Positions 45,000 through 53,156 of a stretch of 53,156 nt of DNA are shown here, in pieces. Origin of the DNA: a virus (lineage: Duplodnaviria > Caudoviricetes); the IMG/VR virus record IMGVR_UViG_3300025789_000006, positions 1 through 53,156 of that record. The stretch is one strand, 5' to 3'. The notes beneath the pieces are model-generated. The model saw nothing but the letters and a program-made list of their open reading frames with translations, was not told where the DNA came from and did no database searches. Position numbers and translations under genes: made by a program. The number at the start of each line of letters is the position of its first letter. Within the stretch, counting starts at the first letter, position 1.

Positions 45000-46621
45000 T
45001 ATTTTCTCCCACCGGGCAAGCCGCCAAGATGACGAGTTGACCTGCATCCAATACTGCCACCGCCTTTAGCGCTTACTAAACCACCTTCAGCGCAACCTTT
45101 GAACCAACATTTGACATCGCACAAAAGGTTAGAACAGCATGCAATACCTTTAATGAGTCCGGCACCTGCCGCCAATCCAGACAGAGGTGACATGCACATC
45201 GTTGTCTTGACACTGGTAGGAATCTGCGCGCCCTGCAACAAGCTTGAAAGCTTGGACAAGGTCGTGAATGGATAGCATTGTTGGTTTTGCTTGATGGTCT
45301 GGCATTGAGCACCCAGAGTCGCCAAAGCGTTGATACAAGCCAGATTCTGACCTGCCGCTTGTACGCCAAGAGAACCCATGCCTTGACCTGCCGCTGTGAG
45401 CGCGCGAGCCTGTTCTGCCGCCATCGTTCCGGCTGTTTGGCCTGCCTGCAGATTGGCTGTGTTGAAGCCCTGTTGAGCATTTGCCGCAGTAGAGCCCAAG
45501 TTTGCCGCAATTTGATTTGCCGCAGTTTGCTGTTGGCCCAAAGTGCCACCGGCGTTGATCAAGTTTTGCATCTGAGATGCAGTCAATTGACCTGTAGTGC
45601 CACCCAAAGTACCCAACAAGTTTTGTTGTTGTTGAGCCAATGAACCTGCAGTTTGACCTGCTTGCAACGCTGTAGATGCGCACTTTGCCGCCAAGCAACC
45701 AGTGGTGCCTGCCAAGCCTGCAAGCAAGCTTTGTTGCTGTTCGCCCAATGTACCGGCAGTCTGACCAAGCCCTGCGCAAATCTGTTGTTTCTGGCCTGCG
45801 GCAGTAAGAGCTTGACCGTAGCCTTGGTTTTCCATGTTGGCGATCTGACTGTTCAAGCATTGCATTGCGTTGGCCTCAACTTGGCCCAACACTTGAGCAC
45901 CACGCTGAGAACCAAATTGACCTGAGCCAACAGCCGCCGCAGTGGCTTGAGGAGCCAAATTCTGCTGAATGTTGCGGTTAGCAATGTCTGACATGTTTTG
46001 CACAGCAGACTGCAAATAAGGGCTCATGTAAGACTGAGCCAACTGAGCAGTGCAAGTGCCTGATACTTTGTTCAAGTAAGGCTGTGCCGCGCATAAACCG
46101 CCTCTTGAAGCGGCCTTGCAAATCAATCCTTGTGCTGTGCCTAAAATGTTTGTACCAAGAGCTTTGCTCAAATCAGGTTGAGCCGCGCATAGACCACCTT
46201 TAGCCGCCGCTTGTTGAATGTATGGGCTCGCCGCACCTGCCGCACACAATGCTGTGCCTTTGGCAATGTCAGGAGTTGCCGCCTGCACACCAGTGGTAGC
46301 CATGGCCTGATTGGCATATGGCTGAAGGGTTGACAGTGGGTTGGTGCTCGTGCCTGCGGTCAGGAAAGGAGCCGCAGAACCGGTGATGTTCTGTTTAGCC
46401 GCGCATCCCAACAAATTTTGAGCAGTTGCAAAGTTGCCCTGTTGGGCTCCAAAGTTTGTCGCGGCCTTACAAAAAGCCTCTTGTTGCAGGGGTTGAGCCC
46501 CTACGAACTGTGCGCCACACTGTGCCTGCTGACCTTTGGTTGCTAGGTTTTGAAGGTAGTTCGTGTAATACGACGGCGCACAGGTCGATTTATTTTGTGA
46601 GGACTGTAGTAAGTTTGCCAT
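44999..46621 (-). CDS. Gln/Ala/Gly-rich internal virion (ejection) protein, Cys-substituted
   Basis: 540 aa with YMSPY and GQFGSQRG DNA-transfer-like motifs, 23 scattered Cys and a terminal CAEGG. Confidence 0.7.
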   Translation of the reverse strand: MANLLQSSQNKSTCAPSYYTNYLQNLATKGQQAQCGAQFVGAQPLQQEAFCKAATNFGAQQGNFATAQNLLGCAAKQNITGSAAPFLTAGTSTNPLSTLQPYANQAMATTGVQAATPDIAKGTALCAAGAASPYIQQAAAKGGLCAAQPDLSKALGTNILGTAQGLICKAASRGGLCAAQPYLNKVSGTCTAQLAQSYMSPYLQSAVQNMSDIANRNIQQNLAPQATAAAVGSGQFGSQRGAQVLGQVEANAMQCLNSQIANMENQGYGQALTAAGQKQQICAGLGQTAGTLGEQQQSLLAGLAGTTGCLAAKCASTALQAGQTAGSLAQQQQNLLGTLGGTTGQLTASQMQNLINAGGTLGQQQTAANQIAANLGSTAANAQQGFNTANLQAGQTAGTMAAEQARALTAAGQGMGSLGVQAAGQNLACINALATLGAQCQTIKQNQQCYPFTTLSKLSSLLQGAQIPTSVKTTMCMSPLSGLAAGAGLIKGIACCSNLLCDVKCWFKGCAEGGLVSAKGGGSIGCRSTRHLGGLPGGRK

Positions 46622-46624
46622 GAT

Positions 46625-49207
46625 TTACTTCGTTCCCTTTTTTATGTAATCAAGGGGAGACTTAGCCTTCGGTGGAATCTTAGACAGAGGAGCGTTGCGC
46701 TTATGAGCTCGCAACTTTTCACGCATGCCGTCCAAAATTTCTGCCCCTCGCTTATTATCTCCTTGTCCAAGCGCCGTGACAAACGCCGCAGGGAAGACAT
46801 ACTCGCCGTCAGCAATCTTGGCAGGCACAGGATTGGCTCCTGCAACGCCACCATCTGCATGACGATGTACGCGGTGAGGCACCTTGGTTCTAAAGCCATC
46901 AAGCACCTGCTTACCGGCCTTGCTTGAACCGTCGCCCAGTGCAGATACTGTCTCAGCATCCATCACATAGTCGCCGTCGTGAAGCATGGCAGGAATGTCG
47001 TCAGACTGTCCAGTACCACCACCGCAAGCGTAATACCCGGTCACACCAGTGATGAACTCAGGGTGGTGACCTTTGGGTGTTGCGCTATGGTAAGCCGCAG
47101 GCAATCCACCGCCTTCAGCATGGCCTGTGATGCCTTGATAAATGTGAGACAAGGGCGCATTGGTAAAATGTTGGCCTGAACCGCGATTCACCAAAATCTC
47201 AGGTTGACTGCATGCGAACTTTGGTTCGTATTTTGAAATGTCAAAAGCGTCATTTTTGGATTTTGTAGCCTCAGCAGTGGCGTCTTTAATGGCTTGAATC
47301 TTTTTGCAGATGCAAGTTTCTTCAGAGTCTTCAGTGCCACCACCAGAGAAATGATGGACTTGACCACCAGAGGCCAGACAGCCATATCCCAAACCTTTAT
47401 CAGGAGAGATTTGGCAGGCCATCACGCGCTGATTGACAGTGCCCAAAAGATTGCTTGAATCGCCAACTGCATTGGTAGTCAACTTAGCCAAGTTAGCAAT
47501 TTTGGCCTTACCACCACTTGCGGCATGGAACAAACCACCCTCGGCAAGGCAACCGTAGCCAAGACCTTTGCAAGGTGAAATTTGACATGCGGCAACTTTG
47601 CCGCTTGCGTTGCTCAAGCCACCAATGTTTTCACCGATGTTGCCAGTACCAAGCTTGGCAAGTTCAAGCGCTTTCTTAGCGCCACCGGCCTTCAATAGGT
47701 TGGCAACACCGCATAAGGCTGATGGGCCACCTTGACCTTTAGCAGAACCTTGAGCAGGCTTCTTGACAGGCTTGTGTTTTGCAGGCTTTTTGCCTGTTGG
47801 GCCTTTTGATTTCTTAGGCTTGCACTTGTCTGTACAGCAACATTGATCGCAACAGCAAGTGTCACAGCAACAAGTGTCGCAACAGCACATGTCGCAACAG
47901 CAGGTGTCGCAACAGCACATATCACAGCAACACATATCACAGCAACATGTATCGCAACAGCAAGTATCGCAACAGCAGGTATCACAGCATGCACAGCAAT
48001 CTGTACAGCAGGTATCACAGCAAGCTGTACAGCAATCTGTACAACAAGTCGTGCAATCGCATCCACAGCATGAAACACAGCAACCTACACAGCAACCCTC
48101 AGGGGTGCAGTCAGAAGAACATGGAGTTTCACAGCTTGGGGTGCAACCGCAAGGCAAGCAAGGTTCGCATGGTGTGCAGGTATTGCATGGAGCGCAGGGA
48201 TCAACACAGCATGGCAAGCATGTACAAGTAGTGCAAGTTGGGATGCAAGATGCACAGGTACAGCAGAAGCAAGGCACACAGCAGAATGGCGAGCAAACGC
48301 CGCATGCTAGGCCACCACTGCAGAATGTTGGGGTGCAGAAATTAGTTGTGCAAACACCGGGTGTGCAGGCGCCGGGTGTGCAAAGGCTTGGCATACAGCC
48401 TGTTGGAAGGCAAGTCGTGCCGGGCTGTGTGATGCAAGTTTGACCGGGGTTATAGCCTTTGTCACAGCAAATTGGTTGACAAACATCACATCCGGTTTGT
48501 GCGCATGGGCCAGAAATACAAGAGGTGTTGGGTTGGGTTATACATTGCTGACCGGGGCCATAACCCTTATCACAGCAACATACGCCGCATGTGCAAGGCA
48601 AACATCCGCATGCAGGCCCTTCAATACATGTTGTAGGTGTACACATGGGGGTGCAGGCGCATGCCATGCAAACACCACAAGGCTGACCAATGCATGTGCC
48701 GGGGTTACCTATGCAAGTGCCGGGATTGTATGGATTGTGACCGCAGTCAAAACTGCATCCAGAGGTGCAAACGCATGAACAGCATTCCATGCAACCTGCA
48801 CAGCACAAACCGCTTTGGTTTGTTGATCCAATGCATTGTTCACAGCCGCCGTAACAAGTATTGCAGGTATTGGCACATTCTCCAGTACCGCAATTATCTC
48901 CAACACAAGAAATACAAGATTCACATCCTACAGCGCAAGCGACGCATCCTGCCGAGCACAGGAAACAGGCAACACTGTCTACCGCGCATACTGCGCAAGC
49001 CGCATCACCTAAAACGCACAAGAAGCTTGTTGCGCCACCCGTGGCGACATCCAAGGCCAAGCTTGCAAGGGCTCCAATACCGCCGCCACCACCATAATGA
49101 TGAGCGACTTGACCGCAATTCAGAATGTCATCTGCTTGAGGTTGTGGGTCGTGTAATTGCGCGCCCTGATTGCGATTGCTATAACCGCCAAAAATTATTT
49201 TGCTCAT
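46625..49207 (-). CDS. Ultra-Cys-rich internal virion protein with C-terminal GD/GE-Y-V domain pair
   Basis: 860 aa with about 140 Cys; C-terminal GTGQSDDIPAMLHDGDYVM and IADGEYVFPA; coupled to both neighbours. Confidence 0.8.
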   Translation of the reverse strand: MSKIIFGGYSNRNQGAQLHDPQPQADDILNCGQVAHHYGGGGGIGALASLALDVATGGATSFLCVLGDAACAVCAVDSVACFLCSAGCVACAVGCESCISCVGDNCGTGECANTCNTCYGGCEQCIGSTNQSGLCCAGCMECCSCVCTSGCSFDCGHNPYNPGTCIGNPGTCIGQPCGVCMACACTPMCTPTTCIEGPACGCLPCTCGVCCCDKGYGPGQQCITQPNTSCISGPCAQTGCDVCQPICCDKGYNPGQTCITQPGTTCLPTGCMPSLCTPGACTPGVCTTNFCTPTFCSGGLACGVCSPFCCVPCFCCTCASCIPTCTTCTCLPCCVDPCAPCNTCTPCEPCLPCGCTPSCETPCSSDCTPEGCCVGCCVSCCGCDCTTCCTDCCTACCDTCCTDCCACCDTCCCDTCCCDTCCCDMCCCDMCCCDTCCCDMCCCDTCCCDTCCCDQCCCTDKCKPKKSKGPTGKKPAKHKPVKKPAQGSAKGQGGPSALCGVANLLKAGGAKKALELAKLGTGNIGENIGGLSNASGKVAACQISPCKGLGYGCLAEGGLFHAASGGKAKIANLAKLTTNAVGDSSNLLGTVNQRVMACQISPDKGLGYGCLASGGQVHHFSGGGTEDSEETCICKKIQAIKDATAEATKSKNDAFDISKYEPKFACSQPEILVNRGSGQHFTNAPLSHIYQGITGHAEGGGLPAAYHSATPKGHHPEFITGVTGYYACGGGTGQSDDIPAMLHDGDYVMDAETVSALGDGSSKAGKQVLDGFRTKVPHRVHRHADGGVAGANPVPAKIADGEYVFPAAFVTALGQGDNKRGAEILDGMREKLRAHKRNAPLSKIPPKAKSPLDYIKKGTK
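47834..47983 (-). repeat. Ten 15-bp tandem repeats encoding D-[TMQ]-C-C-C
   Basis: Direct reading; synonymous TGT/TGC and GAT/GAC variation between copies. Confidence 0.92.
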
Positions 49208-49575
49208 AATTTAATCATCCAGTTATAACCTGCGCGATCAGATTCCTTTACAGGAACATTTATCTGTCTACCAAGTCGTCTAAGTAAATTGATAATCCCG
49301 CCGTTGTCGGCTTTGCCGTACAAACGATGGATGCCGCGTCGCTCGATATTTCTAAAGAATCGAACCAATGTTCGAGCCAGAACGACGGGTGGGTCTTGTG
49401 TGAAAAGGTGGGCAGAAAATTCGCCGGGTGCGATCTTTTCCAAGAGAAGCGAGGTCTTGCCGCCGTGTAAAAGAATGCCGCCATCTTTGACGGTTTTGGC
49501 AACCGCGCCCATGACGAGATTGTGATCCAAGCCCCTTTGCTTGGAGTCGTGTGTTATGACTTCTGACGGTTTCAT
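49204..49575 (-). CDS. Small tail/ejection-region protein (possible GNAT-like fold)
   Basis: Start MKPSEVI; same position as T7 gp13/P22 gp14-type genes. The fold call rests on position only. Confidence 0.45.
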   Translation of the reverse strand: MKPSEVITHDSKQRGLDHNLVMGAVAKTVKDGGILLHGGKTSLLLEKIAPGEFSAHLFTQDPPVVLARTLVRFFRNIERRGIHRLYGKADNGGIINLLRRLGRQINVPVKESDRAGYNWMIKL

Positions 49576-49823
49576 TAAAAGTTCTCCTGTACTGGTGTGA
49601 CAGACATGATCCCTGTCATAGCCATTGCCCATTCTTGCCAGTTCGCATAACTTCTATGGTCTGGCACCCCAGACTGGACAAAATATCCAATCCCATTTAA
49701 TCCATCTACCCACTGCCTCCAGTTTTCTTCGGGCACATGGCCCAACTGGTTTGACGCAAACAGCTCTTCCATCAGTTTGTTGTACTGATCCCAAGTCATT
49801 CCTCGTGGGTCATAACTTATCAT
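49575..49823 (-). CDS. Small Trp-rich tail-region protein
   Basis: YDPRGMTWDQY...WQEWA, coupled to the nozzle gene. Confidence 0.7.
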   Translation of the reverse strand: MISYDPRGMTWDQYNKLMEELFASNQLGHVPEENWRQWVDGLNGIGYFVQSGVPDHRSYANWQEWAMAMTGIMSVTPVQENF

Positions 49824-51838
49824 GGGTTTCCTGTTCCGCGAACATCGCCAGTTTCCACATTCAGCACAACACGGCCTAAGAAATAGTTACCGTTTTGGGT
49901 GTTTGACTCAAACCGCAACCGCATTTCACGGCGTTGTTCTTTTAAATCTATTTTAAGGGTAGACGGCTCAAAAGTGTAGGGCTCAGAGGCGATGTCAGTG
50001 TCGTCTGCATAGCCCTTACCCGTGACAATCATGTCCATCTGCCCAACTTGTTGAAAGTCAGGTTCTACGCGCTCCAAACGCGTCCATAAGTTGTCGCCAC
50101 CCTGAGGTGAACCCACCAAACCGGCAGAGGTGCCCAAGACATTTGTCTCAAAGGCAGAATAGATGGCATTGACATGGTTCAAATACACTTCATCGGTGCC
50201 TTGTTCATGCACCCACAAGTCGTATTGACCGGTGTCGTTTTGATTGTTTGCCGCCCAAATAGGCTTCTTGTACACCTCCGAGAAGGTGCCTGCAGAGCGT
50301 CGAGCGCCCGGTGCAGAGCCTGCGTCATACCAAATCTTGTCGCGCACATTGAAGACAATCGCGTCGGTGCATTCTGTGGCGTCGCCGCGTGGATAGAACC
50401 ACCAGATTTCACCCCAACGAGGCACTTTGCTCACCCACACTTTTTGACGCTGTGCGGTGTTGACATTGTCAAAGAACCAGTTCAGGTTTTGACTGTTGGG
50501 AACTTCTTGAACAACACCGTTGTACATCAAGAATCGGTCAGTGCCCACCCAGTAGTAAACGCCGTCGTATTCAATCACGCACGAGCTCGACATGATCGAA
50601 GACTGTTGGGTGATCAAGTCATAGCGCCAGTAGAGCGTCGATGTGCCCACATTCTGAGGCGCATAGGTCACGCGCACCACTGAGTCAAGTGTCCAGAAAA
50701 GCCCAGAGGGGGAGGTTGTGCCTCCCCGTAGAGGCAAACCTTTAATGACCTTGGTAGAGGCCACATTGTTGGCATTCGAGTCAGCAGATGTCCAGTCGTT
50801 GAAGTTGCCTGCGGCGCAGTTCTGAATCAGGCCGTTGTTGCCGTACACAAAGAGGTACGGATACAGCATCACAACACCACCAGACACGCTGATGTTGTTG
50901 TCAAAAGTCAAGGTAACAGTGGCTGATGCGGTAGCCGCGTTGTTCAAGACTACCGTCCACACGCCTGCGACCAATGAGGCAGACACGATCACCGTGTTGG
51001 CAGGGATGCCTGCACCAGTCACAGACACGCCGGGCCCCATGGCGACATTGGTCGTCGTAAAGGTCACATTCTTGGACATGTTGGTGGTGGTACCCGTCTG
51101 TGAAAAGACGCCTACAGGCGTCATTGTTGTGCCGGTAAAGGGGCCAATCAAAGGTCGGGTGTTGGTCGTGTTGTCGATGTGCTCAAGGTTCAAACCCGGA
51201 TGCGCAATCACATTGTTGTTGCCGGTGCCGTAGGGGTCGTATCCGGTGTCAAACTGCCACAAATTGAGGTCATTGGGGGTGAAGGCTGAGTTGGCAGTAA
51301 TAACGCCTGCAAAGCCCGATCCTGAGCCGCCAATGCTTGCGTTGCTGATCGTGAAGCTCTCGCCATACGGGTATGTGGCTGTGCCGCCGTTGGTGATGGC
51401 AACTGAGAACACTTGGTTGCTCGACACGACCACAGTCGCCAAAGCACCGGTGCCCGTCGTAGTAACAAGTGGCACATTGGTATAGGTGCCGTTCACATAG
51501 CCAGTGCCTTGTGTGACGATGCTCACTCCAGTCACAGAGCCAACAGGATTGATGGCAGTTGGGCCAGAGCCCACAGCATCATCGTTGTCGATTGTCCACT
51601 GCTGAATGCTGTCGCTGAACCCTGAGATCACCCATGTGTGACCATCTTGGGACTGCAAGATCATGCCTCGGCTGATGCCGGGCGCGTTCACGAAGGACGC
51701 AGTGTAGCCACCCATCTTGCGTGGGCGCCCGTATTGGAAGCGACACCATTCACCGTCGATGTAGCAAGGGGCCGCAAAGAGCGTACCGTCGCGCTGTATG
51801 CCGGGTGGTATTGCAAGGATGGCGACTTTTGCAGTCAT
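49820..51838 (-). CDS. Tail nozzle / tubular protein B (P22 gp10-like)
   Basis: 672 aa, beta-rich, with PRKMGGY and WGEIWWFYP motifs; precedes the ejection genes. Confidence 0.75.
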   Translation of the reverse strand: MTAKVAILAIPPGIQRDGTLFAAPCYIDGEWCRFQYGRPRKMGGYTASFVNAPGISRGMILQSQDGHTWVISGFSDSIQQWTIDNDDAVGSGPTAINPVGSVTGVSIVTQGTGYVNGTYTNVPLVTTTGTGALATVVVSSNQVFSVAITNGGTATYPYGESFTISNASIGGSGSGFAGVITANSAFTPNDLNLWQFDTGYDPYGTGNNNVIAHPGLNLEHIDNTTNTRPLIGPFTGTTMTPVGVFSQTGTTTNMSKNVTFTTTNVAMGPGVSVTGAGIPANTVIVSASLVAGVWTVVLNNAATASATVTLTFDNNISVSGGVVMLYPYLFVYGNNGLIQNCAAGNFNDWTSADSNANNVASTKVIKGLPLRGGTTSPSGLFWTLDSVVRVTYAPQNVGTSTLYWRYDLITQQSSIMSSSCVIEYDGVYYWVGTDRFLMYNGVVQEVPNSQNLNWFFDNVNTAQRQKVWVSKVPRWGEIWWFYPRGDATECTDAIVFNVRDKIWYDAGSAPGARRSAGTFSEVYKKPIWAANNQNDTGQYDLWVHEQGTDEVYLNHVNAIYSAFETNVLGTSAGLVGSPQGGDNLWTRLERVEPDFQQVGQMDMIVTGKGYADDTDIASEPYTFEPSTLKIDLKEQRREMRLRFESNTQNGNYFLGRVVLNVETGDVRGTGNP

Positions 51839-53085
51839 TAGAACGCTCCACCGTTGATGCCAACAGGCAACAAGAGGCCAGTGGCAGTCAATTGACCTGC
51901 CGCAAGCCCAGAAATTGCAAAACCAATTTGGCCCGATGCCGCTAAGTACAAGCCGGTTGATGGGTTGCTTTGGAAAGCCAACGAAGGCGCGGCGGCTGAA
52001 CCGTTACCAATCTTCAAGTTTTGGATAAAGCTTGAGGTCGATGTCTGAGCGTTGTAGACATTCGTTCCATCGCAAATCGCAATGATCGTTTGACCCTGAG
52101 GCAAAGTAATGGTCGTGCCGCCAACAACGCCGGTTGAGAATGTCAGCGAGAATGAGCCAGAGGTGTTGTTTTGGAGTGAGTAAAACTGCACCGTTGGAGG
52201 CAAAATGATCGTGCAATTTGATGTCAGTGTGCCGGTGTATTCCTGAATGATGCTCGATGCCTGCACAGAGGTCAGCGTTACAGTGCCACCGGTGACCGGC
52301 AAACTTAACAAAGTAAAAAAGAACTGTGCAGACTGACCATAGGCATAGGTGTACCAGTTCGTGCCGTCGGTGGTGACGACAAACGATTCTCCCAACTGCA
52401 ACTGCGCAGATGTACTGGTGAAGTCAATCGTGCTTGTGCCTTGCGCAACAACATTCAAGATGCCTGTGCCGTCGTTCTTGAGCACCGCATACCAACTTGC
52501 GCCAACAGTTGCGGCCTGAGGCAAAGTGACTGTGCCTGCGCCACCAGTCCACACATACAGCGACGATTGGTCTTGCGAATTGAGTGTGTAATTCGAGGCA
52601 AATTGATTGACCGCAAGCACCGTGTTGAGGGTGTTGTTGATGGCCTCCAAGCCATAGCCTGCAAGCGCACTTGCGCTGTAGGCCGAGGTGCCAATACCCA
52701 AAGCAATCGTTGACCATGAGCCATTGATTGTGGTGTTGTCAGTCAGGTAGATGTAGTAGGTGTTGACTGTCGAGGTCGTCGGTGCAACAGGGATTGTCTG
52801 AATCGTGCCGCCGGAGTTGTTGGCGACAGTGAACGAATACTGCGAGCCATTCCCAATGTTGCGAACGATGAATGCTTGACCAACAGAGACTTCCAAAGCA
52901 GGCGGCAAAATCAACTGCAAACCATTGGCTGTTGCGATCACATCGATGATGTTAGCAACTACATTCGAGCTGTTGCTGTTGATGGGCCACTGCAGAGTTG
53001 TGTTGGTGCTGATTGTCAGCGCCTCATACCCAACTTGCGATGGGTTGATGGTCTGTCCGGTATAGGGTGAGGAGTATGTAGTCAT
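51838..53085 (-). CDS. Virion tail structural protein
   Basis: 415 aa with three repeated beta modules (TLP...DGTNW) and a GSAAAPSLAF motif. Confidence 0.7.
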   Translation of the reverse strand: MTTYSSPYTGQTINPSQVGYEALTISTNTTLQWPINSNSSNVVANIIDVIATANGLQLILPPALEVSVGQAFIVRNIGNGSQYSFTVANNSGGTIQTIPVAPTTSTVNTYYIYLTDNTTINGSWSTIALGIGTSAYSASALAGYGLEAINNTLNTVLAVNQFASNYTLNSQDQSSLYVWTGGAGTVTLPQAATVGASWYAVLKNDGTGILNVVAQGTSTIDFTSTSAQLQLGESFVVTTDGTNWYTYAYGQSAQFFFTLLSLPVTGGTVTLTSVQASSIIQEYTGTLTSNCTIILPPTVQFYSLQNNTSGSFSLTFSTGVVGGTTITLPQGQTIIAICDGTNVYNAQTSTSSFIQNLKIGNGSAAAPSLAFQSNPSTGLYLAASGQIGFAISGLAAGQLTATGLLLPVGINGGAF

Positions 53086-53156
53086 GATTAGCTATCCACA
53101 GCAACGGCTTGTCGGTCACCAACACGAGACACATCCTCATCTTTCAGCGACTTGAT
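53030..53156. repeat. Terminal direct repeat copy 2 (127-bp circular overlap)
   Basis: Identical to 1-127, indicating a complete 53,029-bp circular assembly. Confidence 0.97.

Noticed and set aside
47834-47983. CRISPR array or iteron-like repeat
   Set aside because: No spacers; 15-bp period with third-position variation, so it is a coding repeat.
47859-48443. Plus-strand Gln-rich ORF (SQQQV repeats) as the true gene
   Set aside because: It is the antisense shadow of Cys codons. The minus-strand ORF is in the operon direction, is coupled to its neighbours and carries a conserved-looking C-terminal domain.
44999-49207. Genome-wide reassignment of TGY codons or selenocysteine recoding
   Set aside because: Cys sits at expected catalytic and Zn-binding positions in RtcB, the helicase and the HNH protein. 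No in-frame TGA or suppressor tRNA was seen, and the enrichment is local.

Overview
The window is an apparently complete, circularly permuted 53,029-bp tailed-phage genome; the first 127 bp are repeated exactly at 53030-53156, consistent with an assembler overlap. Its layout is podovirus-like. The minus-strand late region runs terS, terL, portal, GroES-like co-chaperonin, scaffold, major capsid, head-tail adaptors, two tail fibres, lysis genes, nozzle and four internal (ejection) proteins. A minus-strand early region carries a Cro-like HTH, a ParB-like protein, SF2 helicase, TOPRIM primase, three tRNAs, a 2OG-Fe(II) oxygenase, a RuvC-like resolvase, an HNH-like nuclease and many small ORFs. 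A short plus-strand operon encodes SSB, RtcB RNA ligase and a PD-(D/E)XK nuclease. I found no integrase, CI repressor or DNA polymerase. The most unusual signals are: (1) a recurring [YFMLHK]-[AK]-x-G-G motif that divides several late proteins into modules, including a His-rich 601-aa protein and a Gp88 radical-SAM-like enzyme, together with a GD/GE-Y-V domain resembling the cleaved C-terminus of lambda gpH, suggesting a virion-cargo polyprotein processing system; (2) an 860-aa internal virion protein with about 130 Cys in its first ~465 residues, next to a second Cys-substituted ejection protein; (3) RtcB plus atypical tRNAs; (4) two dispersed palindromic operator families, 19-bp-spacer promoters and a structure-dense non-coding region around the tRNAs. 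All functional calls come from motif recognition and gene order; no database searches were run.
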